Shown here: one piece after another, positions 28,449 through 41,204 of the stretch | Position numbering within the stretch: the stretch's first letter is position 1 | How the letters are laid out: each line of letters starts with the position of its first letter | Source of the DNA: Macrostomum lignano | Lineage: Eukaryota | Length of the DNA stretch: 64,000 nt | NCBI GenBank assembly: GCA_002269645.1 | Contig: NIVC01000472.1 | Coordinates: 27,879-91,878, forward strand | Direction of reading: 5' to 3' | The notes under the pieces: model-generated | The model's input: the letters and a program-made list of their open reading frames with translations, nothing else | Told to the model about the DNA's origin: nothing | Databases searched by the model: none | Translations under genes and position numbers: made by a program

Positions 28449-30045
28449 CAGGGGGCGTGGCAATGGATTTTATGGGGGCTGGACAAAGCCAAGAATTCTA
28501 TATGTACATCTACACGACTAAATTCCTACATGTACATTCTTTTCAGAATCGGGTGTTGTCAGCACTAATTTTAGCGCCGCAGGCACTCATTTTAGCGCCG
28601 CAGGCACTCATTTTAGCGCTACAGGCACTCATTTTAGCGCCGCAGGCACTCATTTTAGCACCGCAGGCACTCATTTTAGCGCCGCAGGCACTCATTTTAG
28701 CGCTACAGGCACTAATTTTAGCGCCGCAGGCACTCATTTTAGCACCGCAGGCACTCATTTTAGCGCCGCAGGCACTCATTTTAGCGCCGCAGGCACTCAT
28801 TTTAGCGCCGCAGGCACTCATTTTAGCGCTACAGGCACTCATTTTAGCGCCGCAGGCACTCATTTTAGCGCTACAGGCACTCATTTTAGCGCCGCAGGCA
28901 CTCATTTTAGCGCCGCAGGCACTCATTTTAGCGCCGCAGGCACTCATTTTAGCGCCGCAGGCACTCATTTTAGCGCCGCAGGCACCATTTTAGCGCCACA
29001 GACACCATTTTAGCGCCACAGACACCATTTTAGCGCCACAGACACCATTTTAGCGCCACAGACACCATTTTAGCGCCACAGACACCATTTTAGCGCCACA
29101 GACACCATTTTAGCGCCACAGACACCATTTTAGCGCCACAGACACCATTTTAGCGCCACAGACACCATTTTAGCGCCACAGACACCATTTTAGCGCCACA
29201 GACACCATTTTAGCGCCACAGACACCATTTTAGCGCCACAGACACCATTTTAGCGCCACAGACACCATTTTAGCGCCACAGACACCATTTTAGCGCCACA
29301 GACACCATTTTAGCGCCACAGACACCATTTTAGCGCCACAGACACCATTTTAGCGCCACAGACACCATTTTAGCGCCACAGACACCATTTTAGCGCCACA
29401 GACACCATTTTAGCGCCACAGACACCATTTTAGCGCCACAGACACCATTTTAGCGCCACAGACACCATTTTAGCGCCACAGACACCATTTTAGCGCCACA
29501 GACACCATTTTAGCGCCACAGACACCATTTTAGCGCCACAGACACCATTTTAGCGCCACAGACACCATTTTAGCGCCACAGGCACCATTTTAGCGCCACA
29601 GACACCATTTTAGCGCCACAGACACCATTTTAGCGCCACAGACACCATTTTAGCGCCACAGACACCATTTTAGCGCCACAGACACCATTTTAGCGCCACA
29701 GACACCATTTTAGCGCCACAGACACCATTTTAGCGCCACAGGCACCATTTTAGCGCCACAGACACCATTTTAGCGCCACAGACACCATTTTAGCGCCACA
29801 GACACCATTTTAGCGCCACAGACACCATTTTAGCGCCACAGACACCATTTTAGCGCCACAGGCACCATTTCTGCGCCACAGGCACTCATTTTAGCGCTAC
29901 AAGCACTCATTTTAGCGCCGCAGGCACCATTTTAGCTCCGCAGGCACTGATTTTAGCGCCACAAGCACTGATTTTAGCGCCAAAAGCAGATCTTTTACTG
30001 GGGGGACATGTCCCCCCCCCCTGTCCCCCGTTGGCGACGCCCCTG
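28449..30045. mobile_element. hAT-type MITE inflated by internal 21-bp (GCACTCATTTTAGCGCCGCAG, 28555-28985) and 20-bp (ACACCATTTTAGCGCCACAG, 28985-29870) arrays
   Basis: Imperfect TIRs CAGGGGGCGTGGCAA / TTGGCGACGCCCCTG. Flanking 8-mers CCCTATCA and CCCTATCC (7/8 match) fit an 8-bp TSD within the TATCCC satellite. Confidence 0.78.
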
Positions 30046-30560
30046 CCCTATCCCTTATCCTCTATCCCCTATCCCTTATCGCCTATCCCCTATCCCTTAT
30101 CCCCTATCCCCTATCCCTTATCCCCTATCCCCTATCCCTTATCCCCTATCCCCTATCCCTTATCCCCTATCCCTTATCCCCTATCCCTTATCCCTTATCC
30201 CCTATCCCCTATCCCTTATCCCTTATCCCCTATCCTTTATCCCTTATCCCTTATCCCTTATTCCTATCTCTTATCCCTTATTTTTATCCCTTATCCCATA
30301 TTCCTATCTCTTATCCCTTATCTCCTATCCCTTATCCCTTATTCCTATCTTTTATCCCTTATCTCCTATCCCTTATCCCTTATTCCTATCCCCTATCCCT
30401 TATCCCCTATCCCCTATCACTTATCCCCTATCCCCTATCACTTATCCTCTATCCCCTATCTCTTATCCCCTATCCCCTATCCCTTATCCCCTATCCCCTA
30501 TCACTTATCCTCTATCCCCTATCTCTTATCCCCTATCCCCTATCCCTTATCCCTTTTCCC

Positions 30561-33353
30561 TTATCCTCCACCCCTGATAAATGAATGGAATTTGGCCCAG
30601 ACGGTGGCATTTAAAAAACAAAGAGCGCCGCCTCCTCGCTTTTTCTGTGGTATTTCTCGATTTAAATCGCCAATGCAAAAGTACTTTTTGGCAGCTGGTA
30701 CTGGCTCGTTCTGCTCGGCTTTCTTTTCGGAGACGCACCATTTTGAATGATCCGTTCCAGACTTTATATCAGTGTTAAAGTATTTTCTGTTGTTAACTCG
30801 GCTTACACTTAAAGAGGCAGGCAAATCATCATTTCTGCTCCGTAAATATGTCTGAACTCGCAGGCGCCCGGCGTCAATCAAATTTGAAACAAACTCGTAA
30901 ATATCGATGCCTTCATCGTCAAACTTTGATTTCGCAATGTGGATGAATTCCACTCCGCCATAGGATGTCAGCCTGGTGCTTGATATTTCTCCGTCTGCGT
31001 TGGACTGAAGAAGAACGTTGCCGATATATTTATGCACCTGCATTCTCGCTAACTGGTCTAGAATCACAGGCCGCTGAGACGTCGGTATGGTGACGCAAAA
31101 AAATATTTGCGCATTTTGAAGGTTGAATCCATCGTTCGCTCCGGGGGGCCAGGTGTAACTAGCTTCCGAAAAATTTGGAAACTTTGGCATTGAGTGCATC
31201 AGCCAGAATCCAGTTGATTCACCAAACATGACAACTCCCTTAGCGTGAGCACTACCACTTGGCGCACTTCCGATTGGAGGCTGGTCACTGTAAGAGTAAA
31301 TACTCGAACTACGTCCCGGGCCATTCCTGATTGGCAGAAGAAATTCTTGATCTAGTGTGGCCTTGAGAGGAATGTTATGGTTGATCCGACCGTTCTGACC
31401 TCTGATGTTCTGATTGTTTTCATGCCATTCATTATCCCGAGAGGACAAATATTTGTAAGCATGATTACCACTGTTCTTCACCATGACGAACCAGTCAACT
31501 GAGTTCCCCTCGTCAATCTTGCACGTGAAGCCATCTGCACCTGGCACATCCTGTCCTTGATTGGTCAGCTCGTTTCCAGCTGTTATGGTATCGTTCAGTA
31601 GGTTCCACAGCCCCACATTTTCCATGCACACCAGGCAGCCAGCTCGATCCTGATGTGCCTTCACCCGGTCCAAGTCGCCTGCGCACACAAATTTCCTGCT
31701 CTCCCCACCTTCCACTGGGATCTCTCCGATGCTCCACTTTGAGTTGTCCTGGCTGAACAGCATGCCAATAAATTCATTTCCAAGTTGAAACTTAACAGCA
31801 GGCACATTCGCTGCATCACCGTTTGATGGTAAAGGCCGAGAAGTGCCGAGACGGTGGGACTGGACTTGGACTTTTGTCAAGCTGCGACCATCTACCTGTA
31901 TTCCACTGTAAATATCCCTTGCACGGCGAGATGGCTTGATATTGACGTGCAATTTTTTACCGTCTTTCGTGCGCAGCTGTGTATACGAAATTTCGGCTGG
32001 AGGTTTGTCGTTTAGCAATTTTGTTACCATGCTTTCTACATTTTTAATTTCCGGCCTTTTCAGCGTCACGCAGAAGAATGACTGGCCATCGAGTTCCTCC
32101 CAATTGACATTCAAATTCATCTGCGGCACGCTGTGCATCATCCAGAATCCGGTGTCTTCACTGCTGGAGCCGTGAAGAATCACGCCCTTCATGTGAGCTC
32201 CTGAATTTCTGGCTGCTTGACGATCAGGAGGATGATCGTTGTATACAAACAGTTCTGATGCGGTTCTTCTGTATTTGGCTTGTTCAAAAGTTTTTAACAC
32301 AGGTCCAAGTTCTGGATCGGAAATCCATCCGCCTCCCTCTCCGTTGCTCGCCACATAAATGAGCCGCTTCGAGCGGTCCTGCTTGATGGCGAAGAACCAG
32401 TCCAATTTTTTGTTCTCGTGATCTCGACACGAAATTTTTGATGCGTCATCTGCTGCAGTGGATTCTGTCTTAGGTTCCTCACCATGCTTCACCGTTTCTG
32501 GTTTATTGTCACCAGTAGCAGCGACTGTGCTGTGCTTCTCAGCTGTTGCACCGGCTGCATCGCCTTTGCTCACCTCAGATTGCAAATATTTTGGGCCAGC
32601 TTCACCTGCTTCGCCATCCATGCACTTTCGTGGCTGCCACACTTTGGAGTTGCAGCTGCACTTGTCGAACTGCTCAGCCGCTGCGCCTCGCTCTAAAACT
32701 TGTTGCCATGGTTACTGGAGTGTTTGAACTTGTGGGCCAAATTACAAGTTGTTTGAGTCCTTCTAGAAAAAATGAGTCACTGACCTGATCCACTCCGATC
32801 CCAACAGTTCGGATACCTCGAATCACAAGTTTGGAGTTCTGGGCGGTGGCGCAGCTGCGAGTAGCAGAGGCCGCACTCGAAGGCCGCGGCAAGCAGCAGC
32901 AACCGCAGAATTGCTGCATCGAAAAAGAAGCGCTGAGCGTCTGAGTTTCCTTGCACAACTGGGTTATGCACTGATTGGCCTACTGTTAGTAGGATATAAA
33001 TTGTCTTTGGTGTCAGTTTATTAGTCGTTTGCTCTGACAGCACTATCGCATCGATACTGCCGTGAACAGAAAAGCCGTGAACAGTGACGAACATTTTTTC
33101 ACGGAAAATGCAGTGGAACTGAGTGCCTATAGTACCTAGTTCACTGGTGGAATGAAGGGTTTGCTCAATCCAGTGAGAATTATCTCGTAAAATAATATTT
33201 GCTCAATGTTTTGGGAATTTCAAAAATTTCCTCAGACTTTGCTTCGAATCGATTGTGTCTAACAGCTAGTAAATAGTTTAGAAAATAGAAAAATAGAAAA
33301 TAGAAACTAGTATCTTTATAGTACATACCTTTATCACTTTCGGTTAAGAACAT
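30561..33353 (-). CDS. Secreted DNase II (plancitoxin-like) with two tandem DNase II domains; proposed exons 33353-33329, 32940-32785, 32692-30561; ~770 aa
   Basis: ORF 30561-32642 has two full sets of DNase II motifs (DWF..K, HxKG, FWxxHSxP, DxSKW, C.GDL.R). Upstream phase-1 exons give a signal peptide (LRLLLLAAAFECG). The exon 2/3 junction is the least certain part. Confidence 0.88.
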
Positions 33354-34034
33354 GCCTTGTCTTTGCGATTTCCAATTGCTTACGAGCTTTCTCAACCGCA
33401 GCCATAATCCAAACAGACCAGCTCCAGACCAGCCGACCTCAATGCACAATGGCTGCTGAGGTTTAAAGGCAAAAGCCAGCAACCTACTGCGAGCGTGGGA
33501 CACAGAAGACTCGCAGCTGAGCAAAAGCTTGGGGGTGGGTTGTTGGTTGCCAAGCAACGGCGCAGGGACAAACTGATTTAGCGCTAACCCTACCCCCCTC
33601 AAACCATTGAATTTTTTCTTTCATTGAGCCTATGCGCTGTCGTTGACTATAAAATACAGCCGGTTTAAAAATTCTCACGAATTTTATGGCGTCCGTTAGA
33701 ACAGTTCATGTCCGACACTTTTCGTGTCCCGCGGATGCCTAAGTCGGGCTCAAAGGGACGAAAATCGGACTCAAAATTTTCATAAAAATGTTACTCTAAG
33801 CATAAAGTTTAACTTAGTACGTAAGTTTTAGTTTTTTTTTGGTTAAAAATGACAATTACTGTGGGATCATGACGATTACAGAGACAGTTTAATAATTTGT
33901 AGTGTTGCATTTACATGAAAACAGTTATACAATATCTCGCAGCAGTGCATTTGTATCAGTTGGCAGCACCATATCAGTCGAAAGAAAACACGCAAATGCA
34001 TAAATATTGCTTTCAAGGCACTCGGCTGCATGTC

Positions 34035-35200
34035 TATACTGTATTATACGGCTCGTACTGTCTATACTGTACTATACTGTACTATACTGTACTATACTGT
34101 CTATACTGTCTATACTGTCTATACTGTACTATACTGTACTATACTGTACTATACTGTACTATACTGTACTATACTGTACTATACTGTACTATACTGTACT
34201 ATACTGTACTATACTGTACTATACTGTACTATACTGTCTATACTGTACTATACTGTACTATACTGTACTATACTGTACTATACTGTACTATACTGTACTA
34301 TACTGTACTATACTGTACTATACTGTACTATACTGTACTATACTGTACTATACTGTCTATACTGTACTATACTGTACTATACTGTACTATACTGTCTATA
34401 CTGTCTATACTGTCTATACTGTACTATACTGTACTATACTGTACTATACTGTACTATACTGTACTATACTGTACTATACTGTACTATACTGTACTATACT
34501 GTACTATACTGTACTATACTGTACTATACTGTCTATACTGTACTATACTGTACTATACTGTACTATACTGTCTATACTGTCTATACTGTCTATACTGTCT
34601 ATACTGTCTATACTGTACTATATTATCTGTACTGTACTATACTGTCTGTACTGTACCATACTGTCTGTACTGTACTATAATGTCTGTACTGTACTATACT
34701 GTACTATACTGTCTATACTGTACTATACTGTCTGTACTGTACCATACTGTCTGTACTGTACTATACTGTCTGTACTGTACTATACTGTCTGTACTGTACC
34801 ATACTGTCTGTACTGTACTATACTGTCTGTACTGTACCATACTGTCTGTACTGTACCATACTGTCTGTACTGTACCATACTGTCTGTACTGTACTTTATT
34901 GTCTGTACTGTACTATACTCTCTGTACTGTACTTTATTGTCTGTACTGTACTATACTATCTGTACTGTACTATACTGTCTGTACTGTACCATACTGTCTG
35001 TACTGTACTATACTGTCTGTACTGTACTATACTGTCTATACTGTACTATACTGTACCATACTGTCTGTACTGTACTATACTATCTATACTCTCTGTACTG
35101 TACTTTATTGTCTGTACTGTACTATACTATCTGTACTGTACTATACTGTCTGTACTGTACTATACTGTACTATACTGTACTATACTGTACTATACTTTCT
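34035..35200. repeat. 10-bp satellite (TACTATACTG) with variants
   Basis: Tandem array; source of the YCTILYYTVL ORFs. Confidence 0.96.
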
Positions 35201-35230
35201 GTACCGTAATACGGTACGGCGAATTCTGAG

Positions 35231-35800
35231 ACAACAACAACAACAACAACAACAACAACAGAGTACGCTGCCAGTTCGCAAAAGCAGCGTCCAGATGGCG
35301 CGCTTCGAAGCTTGGGCGCGAACAAAGGCAGAGTCCGGGGCGCCGGCGTCAGCCAGCAGACAGTCGACGTAGCGCCGAGTCCTCGCCTCATCGCGAGGAC
35401 TCGGCATCGCGCGGATGACGTGGCCTGCCAGCTGGAGTCGCCGACGGCGCAGCAGATCGCTAGGACGGGCCAGGCCGGCGCGATGATAGAGCGCCGTGTT
35501 GGTGACTCGCTCGTTGCCGATCTTGAAGGCGGCGCGCAGCAGGCCAGCGTGCGCCGCGTCGACTTGAGCCTCGAGCGAGTCTGTCAGCGTCCAGGTCTCG
35601 GCGTTGTATAACAGGACGGTCTCGATCACCGCCTGGAACAGCGCCGCTCTCTGGCGGTCCGGTAGGGCCTCGGACTGCAGGACTGACCTTATAGAACGAA
35701 AGGCAGCCCAGGCAAGTCCTCGGCGACGCCGCAGATCCTCGCGGACGTCGGGAACCAGACCGCCGAGGTAGACGAACTGCTGACATCTTGGAAGCTCTGA
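35231..35800 (-). mobile_element. 5'-truncated RTE-like LINE 3' end with (GTT)n tail and internal deletions
   Basis: FVYLGG, LLYNAETWTLT and RRRRLQLAGHVIR motifs; (CAA)n on the + strand at 35231-35260; near-identical to 57211-57853 apart from deletions. Confidence 0.88.
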
Positions 35801-36269
35801 GACAACACTCATTATAGGGCCTTTAGAGACGCCAGTGTTTCGAAAATATTTCTGTCATTTGAGCAGCAGATAGCCGGAAAAGCAAACCTGTCAGCGCCAC
35901 TGCAAGTAAGGTTTTAGTAAAGCTTAAAGCAAGACTTCCGCTCTGCAAAACTGCAATGACTGGGACAACAAGATGAATCGCAATAATTTGCGTTAGTTAC
36001 AGCAATTCGATCGAAAATCATAGCTTTGAGATCTCCGAAAGGGTTAGTTAATCTGCGGATAAGCTAATCTCTACCTTCGTAATTCTCCCTGCCTGTCTCT
36101 CGCTCTCCCTCTCTTAGCTATAGGACTTAGACTGCTCGCCACAGATCAAGCTACCTTGGGGCTGACCATCTGACACGAGTGGGGGGCCAGCACTCTAATT
36201 GATTTATTTCTGAGACCTGAAGCCCGAAGGCTTCCCCAAAGGTGCCGAAAAGGCCGAAACCCATCAAGA

Positions 36270-37362
36270 TTATGAATGAGAATGGGATTATGAATGAGAA
36301 TGGGATTATGAATGAGAATGGGATTATGAATGAGAATGGGATTATAAATGAGAATGGGAATATGAATAAGAATGGGATTATGAATGAGAATGGGATTATG
36401 AATGAGAATGGGATTATGAATGAGAATGGGATTATGAATGAGAATGAGATTATGAATGAGAATGGGATTATGAATGAGAATGGGATTATGAATGAGAATG
36501 GGATTATGAATGAGAATGAGATTATGAATGAGAATGGGATTATGAATGAGAATGGGATTATGAATGAGAATGGGATTATGAATGAGAATGGGATTATGAA
36601 TTAGAATGGGATTATGAATGAGAATGGGATTATGAATGAGAATGGGATTATGAATGAGAATGGGATTATGAATGAGAATGGGATTATGAATGAGAATGGG
36701 ATTATGAATGAGAATGCGATTATTAATGAGAATGGGATTATAAATGAGAATGGGATTATTAATGAGAATGGGAATATGAATGAGAATGGGATTATGAATG
36801 AGAATGGGATTATGAATGAGAATGGGATTATGAATGAGAATGGGATTATGAATGAGAATGGGATTATGAATGAGAATGGGATTATGAATGAGAATGGGAT
36901 TATGAATGAGAATGGGATTATGAATGAGAATGGGATTATGAATGAGAATGGGAATATGAATGAGAATTGGATATGAATGAGAATGGGAATATGAATGAGA
37001 ATTGGATATGAATGAGAATGGGATTATGAATGAGAATGGGATTATGAATGAGAATGGGATTATAAATGAGAATGGGATTATTAATGAGAATGGGATTATA
37101 AATGAGAATGGGATTATTAATGAGAATGGGAATATGAATGAGAATGGGATTATGAATGAGAATGGGATTATGAATGAGAATGGGACTATGAATTAGAATG
37201 GGATTATGAATGAGAATGGGATTATGAATGAGAATGGGATTATGAATGAGAATGGGATTATGAATGAGAATGGGATTATGAATGAGAATGGGAATATGAA
37301 TGAGAATTGGATATGAATGAGAATGGGACTATAAATGAGAATGGGATTATAAATGAGAATGG
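36270..37362. repeat. 18-bp minisatellite (ATGAATGAGAATGGGATT); paralogous array at 45425-46110
   Basis: Tandem copies; source of the MNENGI ORFs. Confidence 0.97.
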
Positions 37363-38457
37363 GAGTGCACAAGGTGAGTGCACAGGGTGAGTGCACAGGG
37401 TGAGTGCTTAGGGTGAGTGCACAGGGTGAGTGCACAGGGTGAGTGCACAGGGTGAGTGCTTAGGGTGAGTGCACAGGGTGAGTGCACAGGGTGAGTGCTT
37501 AGGGTGAGTGCTCAGGGTGAGTGCTCAGGGTGAGTGCTCAGGGTGAGTGCACGGGGTGAGTGCTCAGGGTGAGTGCTCAGGGTGAGTGCACAGGGTGACT
37601 CGCGAGCTTTTTTGAGGATTAAAATACCTGCCTTTTTATCTGAAGGAAAAACCTAATAGTTATGTGCTATTCTCCAATAAAAAGTTAGAGGACCACGAAA
37701 CGCAAGGACACTGCAAAAAATTCCTTTTGGAAAGTTGTTGTCAACTTCAAAATAGCTTTACTTAATTCTGCATCCTCCGAGTTCTTGAGTTCTTGAGTTC
37801 ACGAGTTCACGAGTTCACGAGTTCACGAGTTCATGAGTTCATGAGTTCACGAGTTCACGAGTTCACGAGTTCACGAGTTTATGAGTTCACGAGTTCACGA
37901 GTTCATGAGTTCACGAGTTCACGAGTTCACGAGTTCCAGAGTTCATGAGTTCATGAGTTCCAGAGTTCACGAGTTCCAGAGTTCATGAGTTCACGAGTTC
38001 ACGAGTTCACGAGTTCACGAGTTCACGAGTTCATGAGTTCCAGAGTTCGAGTTCACGAGTTCACGAGTGAAGTACATGTAGACAAATGCGGGTACAACCA
38101 AAATGCTAAATGTATTCTAAACTACCAGCACTCAAATATTTACTGAAGAGTAAACAATTGACTGCATCAGCACAAGCTCAATGCCCGGTGTCAGCGGCAT
38201 GCTTGCGTGCAAATTAACTTAAATCTATTTGCAGAAAAATGCTATCGAAATTAACGCCTACCGAATGGAGACAGGAGGCTTTCAAATAATGTAATTGGCT
38301 GGTTTCACCTGCCTCAAATGGTCAAACAACAGGACTATGCCCAGAGCAAATATTAGACTGGGAGATAAAAGTCCCAAGTTGTCTCCAATCATCATGCAGA
38401 ATCCAGTTTGAAAAATATTACTCACAGAGATTCTGGATTTCGCATTCCAACGCTCGA

Positions 38458-38898
38458 ATGAATATCGTCACCTTCATGCAGGTAGGTGACCCTTTTTTGC
38501 TGATGTGATAAACTGTAATGAAGGAAATTTATTCTGCTCATATTGCCAGCCAGAATGCTCTGTACAACTTTCAGCTCTCCCTGCTGCTCACGGTGGCAGT
38601 TGTCGGCCTTCAAACTAGCAGCGGCACTTCTGTCAGCTGTCACGAGATGGAGAACTTGCGTCAATGCAGCTTTGACTCCAGCTGGGGAGATTTCCAATCT
38701 GGCGGCGAATCGAGCTTGGCGCACTTTGTCACCCAGTGCGAGCTGGCCCGCTGCACCGACGACTCGGTCACCATCAACCGCGAAGTGCCTTGGCCAATCG
38801 ACTCGACCGCGGCTACACTGCATGTGGCAGTAGATGAACCGAATACTGTTTCAAATGATTCTGACCCAGTGTCTCCATCGGACGTGTCAGACTCATAA
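38458..38898 (+). CDS. Orphan small secreted protein with 4 Cys, copy B; exons 38458-38481 and 38575-38898; 115 aa
   Basis: MNIVTFMQ|GTAGGT donor, TTTCAG| acceptor, signal peptide, and conserved SC-x8-CSFD...C-x4-C core. Confidence 0.8.
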
Positions 38899-41204
38899 AG
38901 TGCTGCTGCGGATGGCACCGACTTTGGAAATCCAATTTAAAGCAGTCATTTATGATTGGCAACTCTTAAGTATGACCCTCTATGACTATGAACCCAGTCT
39001 ATGAATATCAATGAGCATGGCTTTGTACGGCAAAACTCTTACAGAATCGGCGTTACTGCCTCTGTGACGACACAGCTCTGTGACTTCTCTGCCTCCGCAG
39101 GAGTTGCAGCCTCTATAGAAAAGATGCTAAATATACTCAACAGAAAATTAGCTAATCCTGATCTCGTGTTAGGCACCTCTGGATGATGATGCGAGCCTCT
39201 GTATGCGTTCTAAATTGAAACTGTTGTCTTATAACCAGTATGACTATAACTATAATTTAATCATCTCAGTTCTCACTGCATGAAATTTTCTGCTTGCATA
39301 TAGTGGATGCATTCAGGTACTCTGCTATATCTATCCAGAATCCCAGAGAAACGGCTGGAAAAAACTTTTAGGTTATTATTATACTGCATGTACATAACCA
39401 TGCTCGGGGTTGGGTGATCAGAGGTGAATGCTCTGGGTTGGGTGATCAGAGGTGAATGCTCGGGGAGGGTGCTCAGGGTGGTTGCCGGGGTGGGTGCTTA
39501 GGGGTGGTTGCCGGGGGTGGGTGCTCAGGGTAGTTGCCGGGGGTGGGTGCTCAGGGTGGTTGCAGGGGGTGGGTGCTCAGGGTGGTTGCAGGGGTGAGTG
39601 CTCAGGGTGGTTGCGGGGGTGGGTGCTCAGGGTGGTTGCAGGGGTGAGTGCTCAGGGTGGTTGCGGGGGTGGGTGCTCAGGGTAGTTGCCGGGGGTGGGT
39701 GCTCAGGGTGGTTGCCGGGGGTGGGTGCTCAGGGTGGTTGCCGCGGTGGGTGCTCAGGGTGGTTGCCGGGGTGGGTGCTCAGGGTGGTTGCCGGGGGTGG
39801 GTGCTCAGGGTGGTTGCCGCGGTGGGTGCTCAGGGTGGTTGCCGGGGTGGGTGCTCAGGGTGGTTGCCGCGGTGGGTGCTCAGGGTGGTTGCCGCGGTGG
39901 GTGCTCAGGGTGGTTGCCGCGGTGGGTGCTCAGGGTGGTTGCCGCGGTGGGTGCTCAGGGTGGTTGCCGGGGTGGGTGCTCAGGGTGGTTGCCGCGGTGG
40001 GTGCTCAGGGTGGTTGCCGGGGTGGGTGCTCAGGGTGGTTGCCGCGGTGGGTGCTCAGGGTGGTTGCCGCGGTGGGTGCTCAGGGTGGTTGCCGCGGTGG
40101 GTGCTCAGGGTGGTTGCCAGGGTGGGTGCTCAGGGTGGTTGCCGCGGTGGGTGCTCAGGGTGGTTGCCGCGGTGGGTGCTCAGGATGGTTGCCGGGGGTG
40201 GGTGCTCAGGGTGGTTGCCGGGGTGGGTGCTCAGGGGGCTCAGGGGTGGTTTCCCGCGTATCGCGGTCTCTAATTGCTATGCGATGCAATACAGTTAATA
40301 AGTTGATTATTGGAGACTTGTTTTTCGAAATTACAATAAAACTAATCTTTTACGAGTCATATTAGGACTTTTATTATTCTTTTATAATCTTATTAAGTCT
40401 TAATAAGATGGCGCTTGCAATGTCCAATGACAGACTTACTTTTAACCAGATTGATAGGTAAACTAACGGTAAGTAATATCCACTGTTGGGCACCGTTAAT
40501 GACAAAGGCATTAAATTAATTAAAACAAAAAATCTTAACTTACTAACTTTCGAATTTGTTGAATTGACCGAAAGTTAACTGATAATCAATAATAAATCGT
40601 TAATCCGTTAGCCTTATCGCAGAAAATACCGGATCGAATTCTGCAGTTTTTTAACAAAAAACAGACTTCATATAATGCAATACATGTACAAGGATATCAT
40701 CCAGGGATTAAGAGAATAATAACAAACACGCTCGAGATAAGTAAAACCTAAATGTAAAAGACTACTAAAAGTAAGTATAACAAAGTAAGAAAAAAGTCAA
40801 TCAAATGGTCACGTTCAGGCAAAAAAGTTCATCATTTTATTGATAAAGGCAGTAAGTAACAAGTTGGTGCATTGAATGATCAATGATCATAATTATAAAA
40901 GACATTAACTAGGCATACAGGTAAAATTATGTGGCAGGTGTAATTTTACTTATTTGTTCGATCTCGCAAATCTTACTAAATGTCACCAAGTTGTAGCAGG
41001 CTTATAGCGTCTGTTTCTAAGATTGCCCTAATTCACTCGATTTCCTGGAAATCTTGTGGTAGCGATTGGTGCCCAAGCGGTAAGACACTGTCTAAAGGCC
41101 TAAACTAAGTCCGAAGGTATTCCGTTTTCCGGGGATCCAGCGTCAGCTTCTAAGCTTCCTAATGCCTACTATTATTAGCCTAAACAGCTTCCTTAATATG
41201 CCTA

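Larger units (their letters stand above)
23921..37362. repeat. Segmental duplication unit A (unit B = 37780-46110)
   Basis: Collinear homologous blocks: GAGTTCAC array; 24826-26115 vs 38066-39400; 25-bp array; 28020 vs 40410; 28310-28400 vs 42785-42870; DNase II; 33110-33660 vs 44637-45192; 35820-35920 vs 45240-45320; 18-bp array. Confidence 0.88.

Noticed and set aside
33180-33602. Protein-coding gene in the conserved block upstream of DNase II (ORFs 33180-33602, 44983-45192, 44804-44995)
   Set aside because: Stops differ between the two copies and substitutions are mostly non-synonymous; better explained as 5' UTR/promoter plus the 25-nt first exon.
35780-35812. Identical 5' truncation of the two RTE-like LINE copies, implying a SINE-like derivative
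   Set aside because: The 57211 copy extends ~25 nt further in frame (GADGQASEL), so the truncation points differ.
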